A stretch of 64,000 bases of DNA from Tubulanus polymorphus (GCF_964204645.1 NC_134025.1:1178001-1242000); one strand, 5' to 3'; counted from the first letter of the stretch, positions 43,301-58,552 are shown. A program made the numbers and translations. The notes: generated from the letters alone by a model not told the origin.

Positions 43301-46300
43301 TTAATCGAGCTGAAACTTATGTAAGAGATAAAAGATTAGCGGTGTAATTGCTTTTGGTGATGGGGATTTGGATGACGATCTCGGCTGCGCTCTGATTACA
43401 ATATACTCAGCTAATATACCACTCAATTACCGATCGTTACTTCGTGATTATGATTATTAGTTAATCATGCCAAAAAGGGACATTTTTTTATGATCAACAC
43501 AAGGAAATATCACATCCTGAGGATAATTTATCCAAGTATATTCGAAAATAAAACGGGCATTTAAAAGCTAGACATAGGCCCAGAAAACACTTTTACTACA
43601 CAAGGTACAATCACGGATTCACCAGTTGAGATCCAGTGCCAAACGCTTCCCTCTAAGGAAAGCTGATAGAATAGATACGAATTAGTATGGATATAAGTAT
43701 GTAAATTCATTTTTCATTACTTGGAGGTTTTTTTCAGTAATTTCTAGCCATGTAATCACAAACGTAGGTGCTCTTCGCGGTACTGCCAAAAAATGTACTC
43801 AGGATGTTTTAAATCGAAAAGAAAGAAATGTCAAGAGAACAACTAATAGGAAGAGCCATTGGATCTCTTCTGTACCTTTCAGTATAATAGCCATGATATT
43901 TTTATTATTCGTAGCAAATGACACCGTAACCCGTGTATGGATCGTCGTGTCTTTTATGCTAGAAATAGAATTATTTGTGGAAGGCAAATAGCCGGTGTAA
44001 GTTCTCCTTGGGGGACTACATCTGAAGCTGCTCGTGAGCGAGAATCAAATAACTCTTTACCGATAGATCGTGAGGAGAGGGAGGACGAGTCACGTGATCA
44101 GTGGAGACCGACGATATTGACTCGATCGATTGAACAAATAGAAAAATATCGATTACAGCAGATACCGGATCGATTACCAGAAGCCTTCGAGAAAAATCGC
44201 GTAGAAAAATTATCTGAATTTTATATTTAGATTGGCGCTGAAAAGCGTCGCCAAGATTCTAAACAGATCGTATACCCCTCTTTCATTCCATAAGAGGGGT
44301 GGGCATAACAAATAAGTTTCAGAACATTTCAACTCAAATCAAATCAATTAGATAAATAAGTGGGAGAGTCTTCCCTTTTTAAAGATCAAAAAAGCCTCGT
44401 CAATACAATTTGTCCACAATTACGTTCAATCTTTGGGGATGAAAACTAGTTCAAAAACTATTGCTTCACCGAACTCCACCGAACCTTCGCGAATGTTTAC
44501 CCGAAGGTGGTCGTATCGATTTCGTACCTGCCGATAAGAGGCCAGACATTTCATTACATGACTTCGAGCGCAGCGACAGGAACCACGTGATCGGATTTTA
44601 ACTCTCGGTGCGCCGGCGCCGCGGGCTTCAGAAATATTAAGATTGAAAAATTCTCGCAACCAGGTTAAGCCACCTCGAGGGTTTTGACTTAAAAAATAGA
44701 TGAAAGGAAACGAACCAATTTTGAACCGAAGAGTCAACAAAGTAAACCGATGGAACAGATGACTAGGGTCTTCAATGCAAGTCACGACTTTTGGGGTTGG
44801 TGACAATAGCGAACACCGGAAACGGTTGCTACGAACATATCCATTAAACGCTAGCAAATAATATATTGTTTAGAATATGTAGCGCGTTAATGAATTCTGA
44901 TCACGTTTTGTTCGCGATACTGAATGCTGACCACATTAAACAAGGCTTTACCAATATTAGCTGTACGCTCCTCACCAATACAAACTACAGTAACCTCCAG
45001 CGTGAAACGTGACACGTTAAAAGGAGACAGAACCAAGTGAAACCAGTTGATATTTATCATCGTTTCCCAGGCAAAGGTTCGATCGTTGAATTACGATTGA
45101 TATACTCGCTATGGCTACACATAATATACACATATATATCAGAGAATTAAAATTGCAGCGCGATCGCAGATAAACCGTCTCGAGATAGATCCCTCGAGTC
45201 GCTAGGATTTCCATCAGTTATTTCGGGGATGGCTCTCTGAATATTTGAACCTATTTCGCCATGAGATTGGTAAATAATTAAGGGACCGAATGATCAGTTG
45301 AAGACGGCTCTCGGTACGAAAACCTACCGCGAACTTCAAACTTCAATCGTTGAATACATTTGTACTCGATAGAGAGAGAGACCCTCTAACTTCACAGAGC
45401 AACATCATCACCGCAGACAGATACAGCGAGTAGATTCATTAATTAATCATCTTTTGCGACGCAGTTTTTTTTTTAAAGAAGAATTTTCATAAGATTGCGA
45501 CTGTTCTGAAGAAGAGGAATTTATTACAATATAGATATCATTCATCTTAGAACGAGACGCTTATGTCGAATAATTCACGAGTCATGCCTCTAACGTCATC
45601 CATTAGTAAATTAAACGGCAAAGCATCTTAGAATTTCATCTCAGAAAAAAAGTAAGACCATCCCCTTGTATATGTGTATGTGTTGATCTTCTGCTGAACT
45701 TGGTAAAAACTTTTGATTTTATTAATGAATTGAATTAGTTATAACTTAGACGTTTTTTCTCGGGTACACAGACTACCCGTTCATTCGTAAGCCTAAAGCC
45801 CTTGCTTTTAGTCGAATTGAATTCATCAGAACCCACCGTGTTAATAGTCACGATTTATTCGCGATATAATTTTTGCGTCGACGCGTTTGTATCCGTGAAG
45901 TATTTTTATCCATCCGTTATGAGATTGCGTGTTTTTGTGTGTAACTAATTCTTCTTTTAAAGAAGTGTCGTTTTGTTCGAAATCGAACCGCGATGCAAAA
46001 TCTATGACGAGAAAATAGGATTTGTGTTTGGCTTTTTTTCTTACTTAGAAACACGAATAGGATAAACTTTTTTAGATTTCTTTTATTCGCGTCTTTGACG
46101 TCGAGATGTTCTAAATTCTGTTCAACGATGATGAAAAAAAGTATGGACGAACAGCAGTACTTCCGTCAAAAAAAAATCGATTCTGTTCAAAACTGAAGAC
46201 AAAAGTTGATTCATTAAAACACTTAATGTAACCTTTGATCAGGAACTGAATCATGTTGTTTGTAGGCTACATGGATTCTAACGGAACCAACCTAACGTGA

Positions 46301-49300
46301 TAAAATCATAAAACCAACGATGAAATGCAAAAACCATTTCTCAGATCAGATGCAGTAAAGTATAGGCGGGGGTTTTCACTTCACATCCCCTCGTTTTAGA
46401 GTCCTTGATGAAATAAAGCTTTATTCGATTGAGGGGGGAAGGAGGGAAGGAGGGATGGGAGAGGGAGCGAAGGAGGGATGGGGTGGATAGGGAGGGACGG
46501 ATAGGGAGGGATGAGAGGGTGTAATGGGACGCACAATCTGGTTGTATGTATATAGACATACAGCAACATTAACACATCGCATACACGGACTAAGTGTCAT
46601 TTAATTGTCCCTTCGTCTGAAATTGATGACTGGAAAAGCAGCAAACAGGTAACAACAGTCGAGTAGGCTGATTCTGTGTACACAGAGTCAACACTTTATA
46701 TTCGATTTTCGTTATCATTCAGTTATTTTTCATATATTCTAACGGCCATCTTGTTTGACTTCCGGTGTCTATCTGTAACTGGCAAAAATCCCTAGAGAGA
46801 ATTCAAATATCGTCGAATACCGTGATAAATGTTCATGATTGGGATTGCGACCTTTTAGTTAAATTAACTCATCAATTTAGATGATATATTTCATTTTGAA
46901 TTGTGCAGCTTGGATTGTGTCAGTGACTCCCTTGTGACCCAAAAAAATCGAACCGAACCCCGGAGTATACAGAAAATGGGATTACGTCGCGTCACGAGTC
47001 TGATTTTGGAGGCAGCTACAAAGTCGAAATTTGGATTAAGGATTTAAGCCTATTCTTTTATTTCGGACTAGGTCGGTCATAGATTATAGAACAGTTTCTT
47101 TTCTTTGGTGTCGGCGGCCTTGCGACGCGACGCCCGCCATTTTCTTCGAGTCGACCTCGAAAGCTCGTTTATATATAGTATCGATTCAAATAGTTCATCA
47201 TGACCTGAGCTTATTCTATGGCCAGATCGAATGATTATAGATCATTTAACGAGTAAACAATCTTCAGGCGAAATTCTAACGACCACGATCGAATAGCAAG
47301 AGAATCTAATTCATAGCCACAAGCAAATAGAATATGGACACAACGCGCTTAGAAAGGGGGAATATGTGGTGAGGTTTGATATGTCTGTCTAACAACAGTC
47401 TTAACATCAACAGCAGTACACGTAGAAACATATACCTTACTCCTACGCATCTCGCAGAAAGTAATGACTGCCGAGACGGATTATGGTTGAGATTCTCAAG
47501 GGAGCTATATCATCTAGGCATAGTTGTTGCATCACAAAATCCATTAAATGAACATAGACATTTAATATTTATAACTCCTCAATACGACTTCGGGTGTCTA
47601 AAAGCGTTCATAAACGAGTGTTATGTTGAGAGTATTCAAACTGAAATATTTGACACCCCCCCCCCCCCCACACACAATCGTTTGGATCTGATATTTAAAA
47701 CAAAATGAAACGGTCATACAGAGATGAGAGGTGACGTTAGGTTTGCTCCGACGGCAATCGTGAATCAAGAAAAAGCTTTCAGAAATGATACAACATAACG
47801 TCGTATTCGCATAATACAGTTCGTAGATTATTCCGTTGATCTTTGCTGTAGAGAAGGAACTTAGTAATTCATCGTTGAATTGCGACGACTATTTCAGCAT
47901 CAGCTCAAAGCTCGAACTGCTGGCTGAATGTAAAACGCGTCTCGGCTATAGAAGAATCATATCAGATCCGATGCATTAGAGTCGAATTGATTCAGACACT
48001 CGAGTTAGAGAACGAATTCATTTCGCAATCGTAACATTCGCATTCAACAACTTTCACTGGACTACTGAGAAAATTGATGAAATGCGGTTTTGATTTCTAG
48101 ATCTAATTACAGGTTATCAAATTTCAAACTCCGTATTCTGTAAGGCGAGCAACAGGAGAAATTACGTGCTATCGAATTGTTAAATCAGATTCCGCTGAAA
48201 CAAATTTGGCATATTGTATGACGACAATAATTCGATTACAAACGATCCGTGGCTGTTTTTATTTGTTTACAACGCGTCTGGGAAGACGGCAATGTGACAT
48301 GTATGGACGGGAGTAGAAGGCGAAGAGGGTGATAGACTGCATAAACAGGGATATCATCATCGATGTTTGTATGCAATGCGGGTAGTTAATACCGTTTCAT
48401 CAAGACAATGACAAACACCGCAAGCAGAGTTTAATGTTGGTTTCCGGTCAGCTGATTAATCACATTTTTCTGCACCAGTTCAGCACGAATCTAGGTTAAT
48501 TAGTGCTTTTAATGTTCACCCTGGTCACGAGTTCCGAGACCGCGGAGCTCAAACAAAATCATCCCATTATCTCTACACCCTGTGCCATAGGATGAGGAGG
48601 CAAAATGACCCCTGAGAACATTTTTGAAGTATATCAATATTGTTACGATGAATTCCCATTTTACTTAACCTATTTCATTTAACTTCATTATTATATTATA
48701 TTATATTATGTTATATCATATTATACGTAGTTGACACATGATGACAATTTCTGCAACGTTAACTTCTGTAAAACCTGTCTTCTATATTCCGTAAACCGAT
48801 TTCTGATTTTAAAACTGCATGTTCATCCAGCTGACAGGTGTAATGAGTCTGATGGAGACACGTCTCTGCAACTGTGATCGTGTTAAAGATTTATAACCAC
48901 TGAGTTGACTTTGATACCAGTCCAAGTAAAACTAATTCCTGTAAACTCGACCAGCAATTCATCATCGATATAATCATAATTCTTTACGAAAACTGAGTCC
49001 ATCTATCGCATTTTCAAACACCTGTGCATACAACCGATGACAGAAACTAATGATGAGAAACGCGTTCGTGTGATCAGTATTGAGACACAGCTTCAGTAGA
49101 TTCGACCACTTAAAAATTTCATTTCATAATTAGTTATTCTCGTTATTTCAGTCGCATTACATTCACAGGCGCCTAATAGCTTCCCGGCGAAGCTTTGAAC
49201 TGTTAAGTAGTTGGCGTATTACCAGTAATATTGTTAACGGCTAAATAAAATTAACGCATTCACGGTGATACAGAACGATGCACTAATGGTTTATAATAAT

Positions 49301-49729
49301 ATCATTGGCAACGGCTGCGACGGATGGAAAACAGTCATTTCTCTCTCGCTCCCTTTTCAAAATATTGAATTTCTACTTTCTGAAATTACCGAGATGTGAC
49401 GTTAAACACGTTCTCGATTACTTTAAAAACATTTTACGGTCGATTACGACTAGAAAATCTCGATAATTGAGAAGGAAAAACGAACAATTTTTAATCCCGA
49501 ACATTACCATTACAAGAACGAAATAATCTATTATACCTTCGGATAGTAACAGTAATGTAGTTATCTGATTTGTGTTACCCTAGAGCGCCGTTCTCTCTCT
49601 CTCACGCGGTGAGATTTTTTTTACTTTTTATAATATACGGCGCTGTTATGTTTGGTAATGTTTCTGCGACACATACTGGTTGTAGGGAACCATGGGGAAT
49701 GATGCCCCGAGGAATCCTCAAACATTACA

Positions 49730-49983
49730 TCTCCCCCTCTCCCCTATCTCTCCCTCCCCCTCTACCTTCCTCCTCTCCTCCTCTCTCCCTCTCCCCCTAT
49801 CTCCCTCCCTCCCTCTCCCTCTCTCCCTCTCCCCTATCTCCCTCTCTCCCTCTCCCCCTATCTCCCTCTCTCCCTCCCCCTCTCTCCCTCTCCTCCTCCC
49901 CTCTCTCCCTCTCCCCTATCTCCCTCTCTCCCTCTCCCCCTATCTCCCTCTCCTCCTCTCCCTCTCTCCCTCTCTCCCTCTCT
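49730..49983. repeat. CT-rich low-complexity polypyrimidine tract
   Basis: CTCTCC / CCCCTATCTC iterations. Confidence 0.9.
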
Positions 49984-50184
49984 TTAATATGCAGGAATCA
50001 GTTCGTGATATATATATATATATTTGTCGAGCTATTTATTTTACAATTTTTAGTATTTCCTTCGACTCCTTATTGTAAATTAGTTTCTGAAGTAAAAATT
50101 AATCCATATGACAGTTTTTCATTCGATTTAATGGGTTAGTATTCAAATTCGATGAATTTCTAGCATAAATGACAGCTGTCAACT

Positions 50185-50205
50185 GTCTCTGTGGCGCAAT
50201 CGGAC

Positions 50206-50251
<46 letters not shown>

Positions 50252-50258
50252 AGGGACG
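50185..50258 (+). tRNA. tRNA-Asn (anticodon GTT)
   Basis: 74 nt; acceptor stem GTCTCTG/CAGGGAC, anticodon arm TTCGG-CTGTTAA-CCGAA, T-loop TTCAAGC; TTTT ~16 nt downstream. Confidence 0.96.
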
Positions 50259-53200
50259 GCGGTATAAACTTAATTTTATCAACAACACAATATTTTTCTC
50301 AACTGCATAGTGATAAATGTCAAATTCATATTTTGGCAAGAGATTAAGATTAATTTCTTGAAGGAAAGGTCATATTTAATGCGCAAATAGAAGAATTGAT
50401 AGGAATATAATTGGGTATTAGTGATAATAGTGGAAGTATTGTCGTCACTTTTTAGAATGAGCTCAGCGTAAGCTTAAGTAGGCGGAAAATTGCATTTAAA
50501 GAAACTCATTCGACGGCGCTCAGAGATTCCACGGGTAATTAGTAATAATTAATGCCTTCTCTGCTTAAAACGAGATGATTTTAGGAACCGTTCTGATTCA
50601 ATTCACGGTTAAAAACAGCTTTAGATTTTTGTCGATATTTTACGATTCATTTACACCGAGACAAATCGTTCAAATGAAGCGATATAAACTGTGACGAATG
50701 TTAATTTCTGTCTGGTGGTATTCACTGTGTGATAACGACGCTTTTTTTGCTCGGTTTGTCAAATAAAACTACATGAAACACACAATTGGTTTTTGTCACT
50801 TTTGTTTTGTTGATTTTAAGGCGTAAACAGAGAAAACGTATGGAGGTTAATAGATTTTCCATGTTGTTCTCCACTGTATATTGATTATACGGTGTTTCTG
50901 CGTGAATAGGTCTGAAACATTACTGTAAAACTTACGCATAAAAGATTTCTACAGCAGCATAGCTTTCAGTGAGAACTCGATTGATCTTAACTCCACGCGA
51001 TCAGTCGCTTCGTATCCTAAACTTTGGGCAGATCGATTCAGTGACGTCATCGTGACGGCATTGATTCGTGACGTCACGTGATATCGATGACGTCATGCAT
51101 TGAAGTTGAATTGATTGATTGATGAATTCTTAAGATGTCAATTTTTTTAGTTATGAATCTCTTGTACTGGCGCACGGCGCGCTAAAATCTGATTTTTTGT
51201 GAATATCGGAAATTTCAATGTTAAAGCACACGTAGTATGGGTTTTCTTCATCGTATTTTCGCTATATGTTTATATATCATTATCAAGGACGCCTCCTACA
51301 AGTTATGAAATCGCCCGCCTGGCCACGGCAACCGATTTTAGCCCTGAACAGGCCCCCGTGCTGAATGATGACCGGCTGCGGTGGAGGCTTCTGGTAAAGG
51401 ATATTTGTGATGTCGGGAATCGTGACTCGGGGGGAAAATAGGAACAGAAATCACCAGGAAACTTGATTAACACGACATACATGTTTAAACACTAAGTTCA
51501 CTACTGTTTGATATGATGCAGTAGTTTTTCTCTGCTGCTCGTGTCGGTGTTCGATCGAACGAAATTGAAATCTCGACAGGTACAAAATTGCGAACATTAC
51601 AGACGTCACAAATAGAATTCTGCGGCCGAAAACTAATGATTAAATGGGATGAACTGTGGATGTGTGTCTGTCTGTAGAGAGCGAACACGCTTAGTCTGAA
51701 TTTAAAGTGACATGTTAACAGTTCTAACATCCTATTACCGCTGTACAGCTATTACCGCGCAATCAGTGAACTCGGGAAACAAATGTATTTTAATTGTTAA
51801 CTCAGTGTCGGGCGCCCACACGGTTCAATCTCAGTGAATACGGGTCCATTAATACGCCAAGATGCGCGCATCTTTTACAGATGAACTTCACTGATCTATC
51901 ACCAGCATAAATACAATACCGGTACTCACACTGTACAATCGTGTTATACATCTTCTAATAAGATAATGCGTTCTATTTTATTACACGATGATCCGGAGCC
52001 GTCAATGTGAGGAAGAATCAATCAAATGAGAAAGACGAAGAGTCGGATCTATTTTTTGCGTCAGAAATGATATACCCCGTCAGCGCTATCGGGTGCATTG
52101 AGTACACTGATTACTTCCCAATCTTTACATTCGAAACTTCATTAAATATCGAAGATGTTAATTAACAGTGACAGAAGCAAATGACTTAGAATACACGACG
52201 AGGACACTCGCCAAAGTGTAGGGTCCTAGGCATTGTTTAATTAATGGAAGCCGGTATGAATAAATATGGGATACTATTTCAACGACTTTCACGCGAAATA
52301 AACTTATCGCTAGATATGTAAACAGTCAGTTGTGGGCGCAGCGTTTAATAAAAAATCTACCGCCACCAATGGCGCGAATACAACATAAGAACATGGTTGG
52401 TCGATGAAGTTCCAATAATTGGAGAAATTGTGCATGTGAGCGAGAGGCACTTTTGGACGGCAAACAAGGAATGAATAATGTATCGCTAGATTGTACCTTC
52501 TCAGGGAGGAGAATATGCTTATCCACGTATATAGATTTCGTAGGGACATTCGTAGAATTACTGAATAATAATGATGGATATTGGAAAGACTTTTCAATAT
52601 CTTAAACACCGCCTACTGATAATAACTACCGAGAGAATTGAAATATCAAAGAAGTTTTTCTTGACGATTGTTTTTGTTGGTGAAGGGATGTTCGTGGAGC
52701 GTTCATCGCGTCTGATCTGTGTAGACACGCTAGCCTCTCCCCTCTCCCCGATATCGGGATGAAATCCTAGGAGGACTGCCGTCAAATCGTACAGGATTAA
52801 CGAGATTGCGTCTTGTCATAAAATGGCTAAATAATATTACAATGGCTGCCTCTAAGGAAATGCTTGTCAGAGCATTGTGTGTGATTTGAATTATAAAATA
52901 TACATTAACACTATCAGTATATGACCACCCTACGTCTATTATACATGACTGGATAGTAATAGGTCCTGTCGGTAAAGATAAGCTTCTTCTACAGTCTCAG
53001 AAGCCTCATCTGTGTTTGTATGTGTGACTGTCACAAACGCCTTCATCTTGTGTCTTTTTTCCCCATTAAAAAAACTCCCTTTCACGTTCGCGTCAATAAA
53101 ACTAAAGATAAACTCATAAAGGTTTTGCATATACAAATGATCAGATAATATCAATCAATAATTGACAAAAAGCGGAGTTGCGATATAATGTTACAAGCTT

Positions 53201-56200
53201 TGATGTATAGATAATGATGCAGGTCTGGGTAGATGAAACGTTGTCATATGGCAGTAATTACATCAATTGATTGACCGCCAAAAGCAGCCAGAAGCATGTA
53301 TGTATACATGATTAGATACTGTCTATAACGTGGTTTTGTGGAGACTGCAAAAACGTGACCGTTACATCTCCGGAAAGACGACCATATTCATGTATATATC
53401 TATTCATTTCTGAAAGAGTCTTCGGTTAACAAATGCATCGATGTAGCTTGATATGATTTGGAAAGAGATAGGAAATGTCTCCCTCCATTTTTAGAATTCC
53501 AAACATTCCAAAATGAATGCCGATCAGTGTCACCGTAACGAGTAGAATTCATGAATATGGAATCGGGGATGGAACTGACAAATTGGGAGACAGCGTTCAG
53601 AAGAAAAGGCTCGCAAGCGGTGTTAGACATTTTCGCAGAAAAGTATAAGAATATACGAAGAGGATATGAGAGAGTCAGATTTGAAGGTTTGGGTGATCTT
53701 TGTCTTGCAGAAAAGGCAACCTCAATGGGAAGTTTAGGATTCGGAAACGGCAACCTCAACCAAAAATCGTATCTCGACTTGCTTGCATAAGTTCCAACGC
53801 AGTTACGTAAACTGTTAACATCAGTAATTTGCGATTCAAACATCTGGAATCTTCCAAATTCAATTAGTCATTCGACATCTCAATATTCATGCTGTTTGCC
53901 TTCATGAGTTGCATTCAATTTGCAACTGGTTAATCGTTTTCCGGGAGCGCATGAAGAGGAAGTTCTTCTCCTCCGGGCTCTTACCATAAGGTAAATCTAT
54001 TGCTAATTGATCATCGCAGGAAGTGCAATTTGGAGCGGGCAAATTCATCTTCAAGTACACTCGATGCTCGTTTATGGTCGTAGCTCATTCGTCTAGGGTT
54101 GTGAACCTCGCGATTCTGCGAACAATTTTGTAAAATCAGCACTAGTTTCAGCCTTAATAACATAAACACTCCGATATCACTCTATACTCTCGATCGTACC
54201 GTAATCTCTCAATGAAAAACAGCACAAAACATAAAAAGTTTCAAAAGTCGAGCGTACAACGCACTTCATAAGTATCGCGTGGACAATTAAACATTTTCCA
54301 TATCACTTCATTCAGCCGATAGCTCGGCTAATGGAAAACCTTTCAAGGTTTGGAGGATTTAAGCGTTGGAGAGCTAATGGGAAACCGGGCTGTCGTATCC
54401 TACACGAGTACCGCGCTGCTGACAACGGTTTCTTTTTTTAAAATTCAATTTTACGAGCGGGCGGTGCCGTGTCGGTGGTAGTGGGTAGTGAAACTCAATC
54501 GATGGATCGAACATCAAAAAGTTTTCAAATTTCGTACATATCAATGGGGAATATTCAACGGAAAATGTGTAAATAACTGCAATTCTTCCGTTTTGAATAA
54601 TGATGAGATATTTTTTTTCTCGAATAATCGACTGCAATAAGAGCAAATGCTACAATATGATTAGTAGAAATAATATGATATATACAGATATATATATATA
54701 TATATATACGTTTAGAGGGAACTAGATAATGGAATATTCATGTGTAGTACTGTAGTAAGTCCACACAGACTATCGTATATTTTCCCTGGTGATCATCGAA
54801 AAGCAAATTGCGTCCAACAATCTATATGAGTAGCGTGCGTGAACGTTTTAACGAATAGGTTCGAATTTGCAATCAAACGACAGATGAAAAGACGTCGCCT
54901 ACGCATGCGTATGAGTCGGCGTAGAGAGATTTAGTGCGGTGTATTGCTAGGGAAAGATAGTGCACATCAGTATTCATCCACCGAATTCTACCTAACTCAA
55001 TTACTAAACCAATGACACATGCATTTCAAATAAACCAATCGCGAGACGACATTCTTTGATCAAGTGTTTTCGTTCTCGGCTGCCGAGAAAATGTGATTGA
55101 TATAAATATCAGAATGTCAGTCGATAGGATGAGTTACACTATATCGCGGCTATCATCAATCTCTGGCTGTCGATGTACATTTTTCCAATGAAAGAAAATG
55201 TTTTGAATATAAAAACCTAGGCGTAAATTAGATGAAAAAGTCCAGTTTCACAATTGTGAGTAAGAGTTAATTGCGAGTTGAAATTAGTTCATTTTGAATT
55301 AGTTGAAATCATAAATTGATACTGTAATAACGGTCTCTCTGAACCAACAGATTGTCTGAATGTACTTTCCATCCTATTTGAAACTTAAAATTACTTATTA
55401 GGTTACTGTAAATAAAGAATTGAATTGAATTGTTAGACAACAAGGACCGGCGAAATAACAGTTTGTGACGTCATTTAGTAAGTAAATAAAGGAGGGCTCC
55501 GAGAATTTCCAAATCACGGGGACTTTACTGGGGTTAGACCATTCAGCCAAAAAGAGGATTGCTCCGATAATATCCAAATCATCTTATTTTATTTTTCCAT
55601 CGAATACCCGGTAATTAATTTTTCCTTTCGATCACATGCATCCAGAAAACCCGTTATCGCTGCTTTGCAGCTATATTTAGAATTAGTTCTATTTGAGTTC
55701 TATTTTGAGTGAACTCTGAGAGCCCAATCTTAACTCGGAACTGTGGACGCGGGATCTGGTTTTCAGTAGGTTTGGGATTAATATTGCCATCGGAACTGGG
55801 GAGGTTTACATCGTTGTTTAGAGTCCATATATAACCGAACTGAACTGTGAAAGTCGCTCAGGGTTTATTTGTTTACTGTGACTGCCTCCATTTCATCGAT
55901 TTATTCATTGTATTAACACTATTGTTATGAATAATACATGCGTCCCAGAATGAATGACCGTAATGAACCGCTACCACAGTTCCACATTTCCACTCAGAGT
56001 TAACTCCTTAGAAATGAACTAACTCTTGGTTAAACCGTCTGTAAACTGATTAGATATCAATACAAGACGATCATTAACAGAAAATATCCCGTACTTTCCA
56101 GAAACGATTGTTTTGTATTTGTTTTTAGTTCATGCATGGTATAACAAACCGTTCATTAATACATCACGCGCAGCTGTATGTTTCAAATTCTATATCGATA

Positions 56201-57559
56201 TGTTTTGTCGTTGATGGAATTGATGGAATTGATGGTTTAAGTCTAATACACGTTATTACGTAGAGAATCACCTGCCTGGTTGCTGTAAAAGCCATAGATT
56301 CATTACTACATTAACCCTGATGGCACATTTACCTTGTTGAGGTTTACCGCCTGAAGCGGGGCCGTTTTTACCTGCGCGTAGTTAATGACCTGGCAGGTAG
56401 CGGTTACATCCACTAATTGTGTATGTTCACTGGTGTTGGAGGTGGATGAGATGCTGACATTTTCACCCAACGTTTAATTAGACTATAAATTCATATTAAG
56501 TTGCTCTCTCTCTCTCTCTCATGGCCGCAACGTTTTCAAACCATTTGGTCGCCGGCAAATAAAAAAAATTCATTCCGCTAATGTAAAAAAGCACTACGTA
56601 ATAAATACGCGCAGTTGTATAGATACCTAGTGGATGTTGCAGTAGTTCTGCGAAGCTTAGGCTAATGCGAATTCTGCCCTTGGTCGTGGAAACCCTTCTT
56701 GTTATAAGCCTAATGTTATATAACATTGGCTTTTACTGAAACAAGAAAATCTTCATCTAACATAAAATGTCATCACGCGCCGTAGAGACATAAGCTGAAC
56801 AACGACAGCGAAATCTCTAGAACCGTGAAAAATGAGCACTTTCTTTATCCCTGAAATATAGCTCGATCTCATCCGACAATCGCCGTTCCCGATAACAGAT
56901 AAATGAACATTAAGTGCACAATTTATATGAGACCTATATATGTAGGAATATATCCTAGCGCGCTGGAGGATGTAAGATATTTGAACTCCGTAATACAATA
57001 CTTGTGAAGAGTTTCTAATTGGGCTTTTAAGACAGATTTTTGTTCTCATATTCTTAAAGTTATTTATATACGACGAACCGACAAAATTCTAGCGTGCCTC
57101 GACCAAACATGGCCAAGACCTCGCCGTATATCAGCTGCTTATCATCTTATCATTCGAAGGTAAAAATGGCCTTGTTGTGAGATGAATTGACTGTGGTATA
57201 AACGTTGTTCGTGCTTCCGCGTCTTTCGTCTTGACACACAAGAAAGTCATGACGACACAGAATATATGGTCCAAATTATTGCAACCGGCGATGACCTATC
57301 ACACGCTCTCTTAGAAGTATGTTGAGAAATATCCAACTGTTCTGGTTGTCAATATTGGAAAGGAAATTTATCGAGTGAATGAAATGGAGCGCTTGTGGTC
57401 GCCTTTAAAAACGACATCGATGTCAACTTGAGTAGGAAAGACTGATTTAGCCGTTTAAAAACGGAATATAAACTGCCTACACGCGTGTGGAATTAGATGG
57501 AGTTTGTTAAGTGGAAAAAACTGTTTTGATTTGTGATGAGGGTAAGAGTGAGTTGTGGG

Positions 57560-58552
57560 AAATAGTGAGAGTGAGATAGTGAGTTGAGGGAAGGAGTGAG
57601 GTGAGGGGTGTGAGATAGTGAGTTGAGGAGAGTGAGATAGTGAGTTGAGGGAAGGAGTGAGGTGAGGGGTGTGAGATAGTGAGTTGAGGAGAGTGAGATA
57701 GTGAGTTGAGGAGAGTGAGAGTGAGAGTGAGATAGTGAGTTGAGGGAAGGAGTGAGGTGAGGGGTGTGAGATAGAGAGTTGAGGAGAGTGAGATAGTGAG
57801 TTGAGGAGAGTGGGAGTGAGATAGTGAGTTGAGGAGAGTGAGAGTGAGATAGTGAGTTGAGGAGAGTGAGAGTGAGATAGTGAGTTGAGGAGAGTGGGAG
57901 TGAGATAGTGAGTTGAGGAGAGTGAGAGTGAGATAGTCAGTTGAGGAGAGTGAGAGTGAGATAGTGAGTTGAGGAGAGTGAGAGTGAGATAGTGAGTTGA
58001 GGAGAGTGAGAGTGAGATAGTGAGGTGAGGGGTGTGAGATAGTGAGTTGAGGAGAGTGAGAGTGAGATAGTGAGTTGAGGAGAGTGAGAGTGAGATAGTG
58101 AGTTGAGGAGAGTGAGAGTGAGATAGTGAGGTGAGGGGTGTGAGATAGTGAGTTGAGGAGAGTGGGAGTGAGATAGTGAGTTGAGGAGAGTGGGAGTGAG
58201 ATAGTGAGTTGAGGAGAGTGAGAGTGAGATAGTCAGTTGAGGAGAGTGAGAGTGAGATAGTGAGTTGAGGAGAGTGAGAGTGAGATAGTGAGTTGAGGAG
58301 AGTGAGAGTGAGATAGTGAGTTGAGGAGAGTGGGAGTGAGATAGTGAGTTGAGGGAAGGAGTGAGGTGAGGGGTGTGAGATAGTGAGTTGAGGAGAGTGA
58401 GATAGTGAGTTGAGGAGAGTGGGAGTGAGATAGTGAGTTGAGGAGAGTGGGAGTGAGATAGTGAGTTGAGGAGAGTGGGAGTGAGATAGTGAGTTGAGGA
58501 GAGTGGGAGTGAGATAGTGAGTTGAGGAGAGTGGGAGTGAGATAGTGAGTTG
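57560..58552. repeat. GA-rich minisatellite, 28-bp core (GAGATAGTGAGTTGAGGAGAGTGAGAGT) with shorter and longer variants
   Basis: More than 30 tandem units visible. Confidence 0.95.

Noticed and set aside
43799-43894. Hydrophobic ORF end (WLFLLVVLLTFLSF) as the knottin signal-peptide exon
   Set aside because: It reaches a stop codon before any usable phase-1 donor
45017-45214. Hydrophobic stretch (LIYMCILCVAIA) as the knottin signal-peptide exon
   Set aside because: Only weak donors and an atypical N-region; not supportable
49570-50139. Pro/Ser/Leu-rich ORFs
   Set aside because: Produced by the CT-rich low-complexity tract
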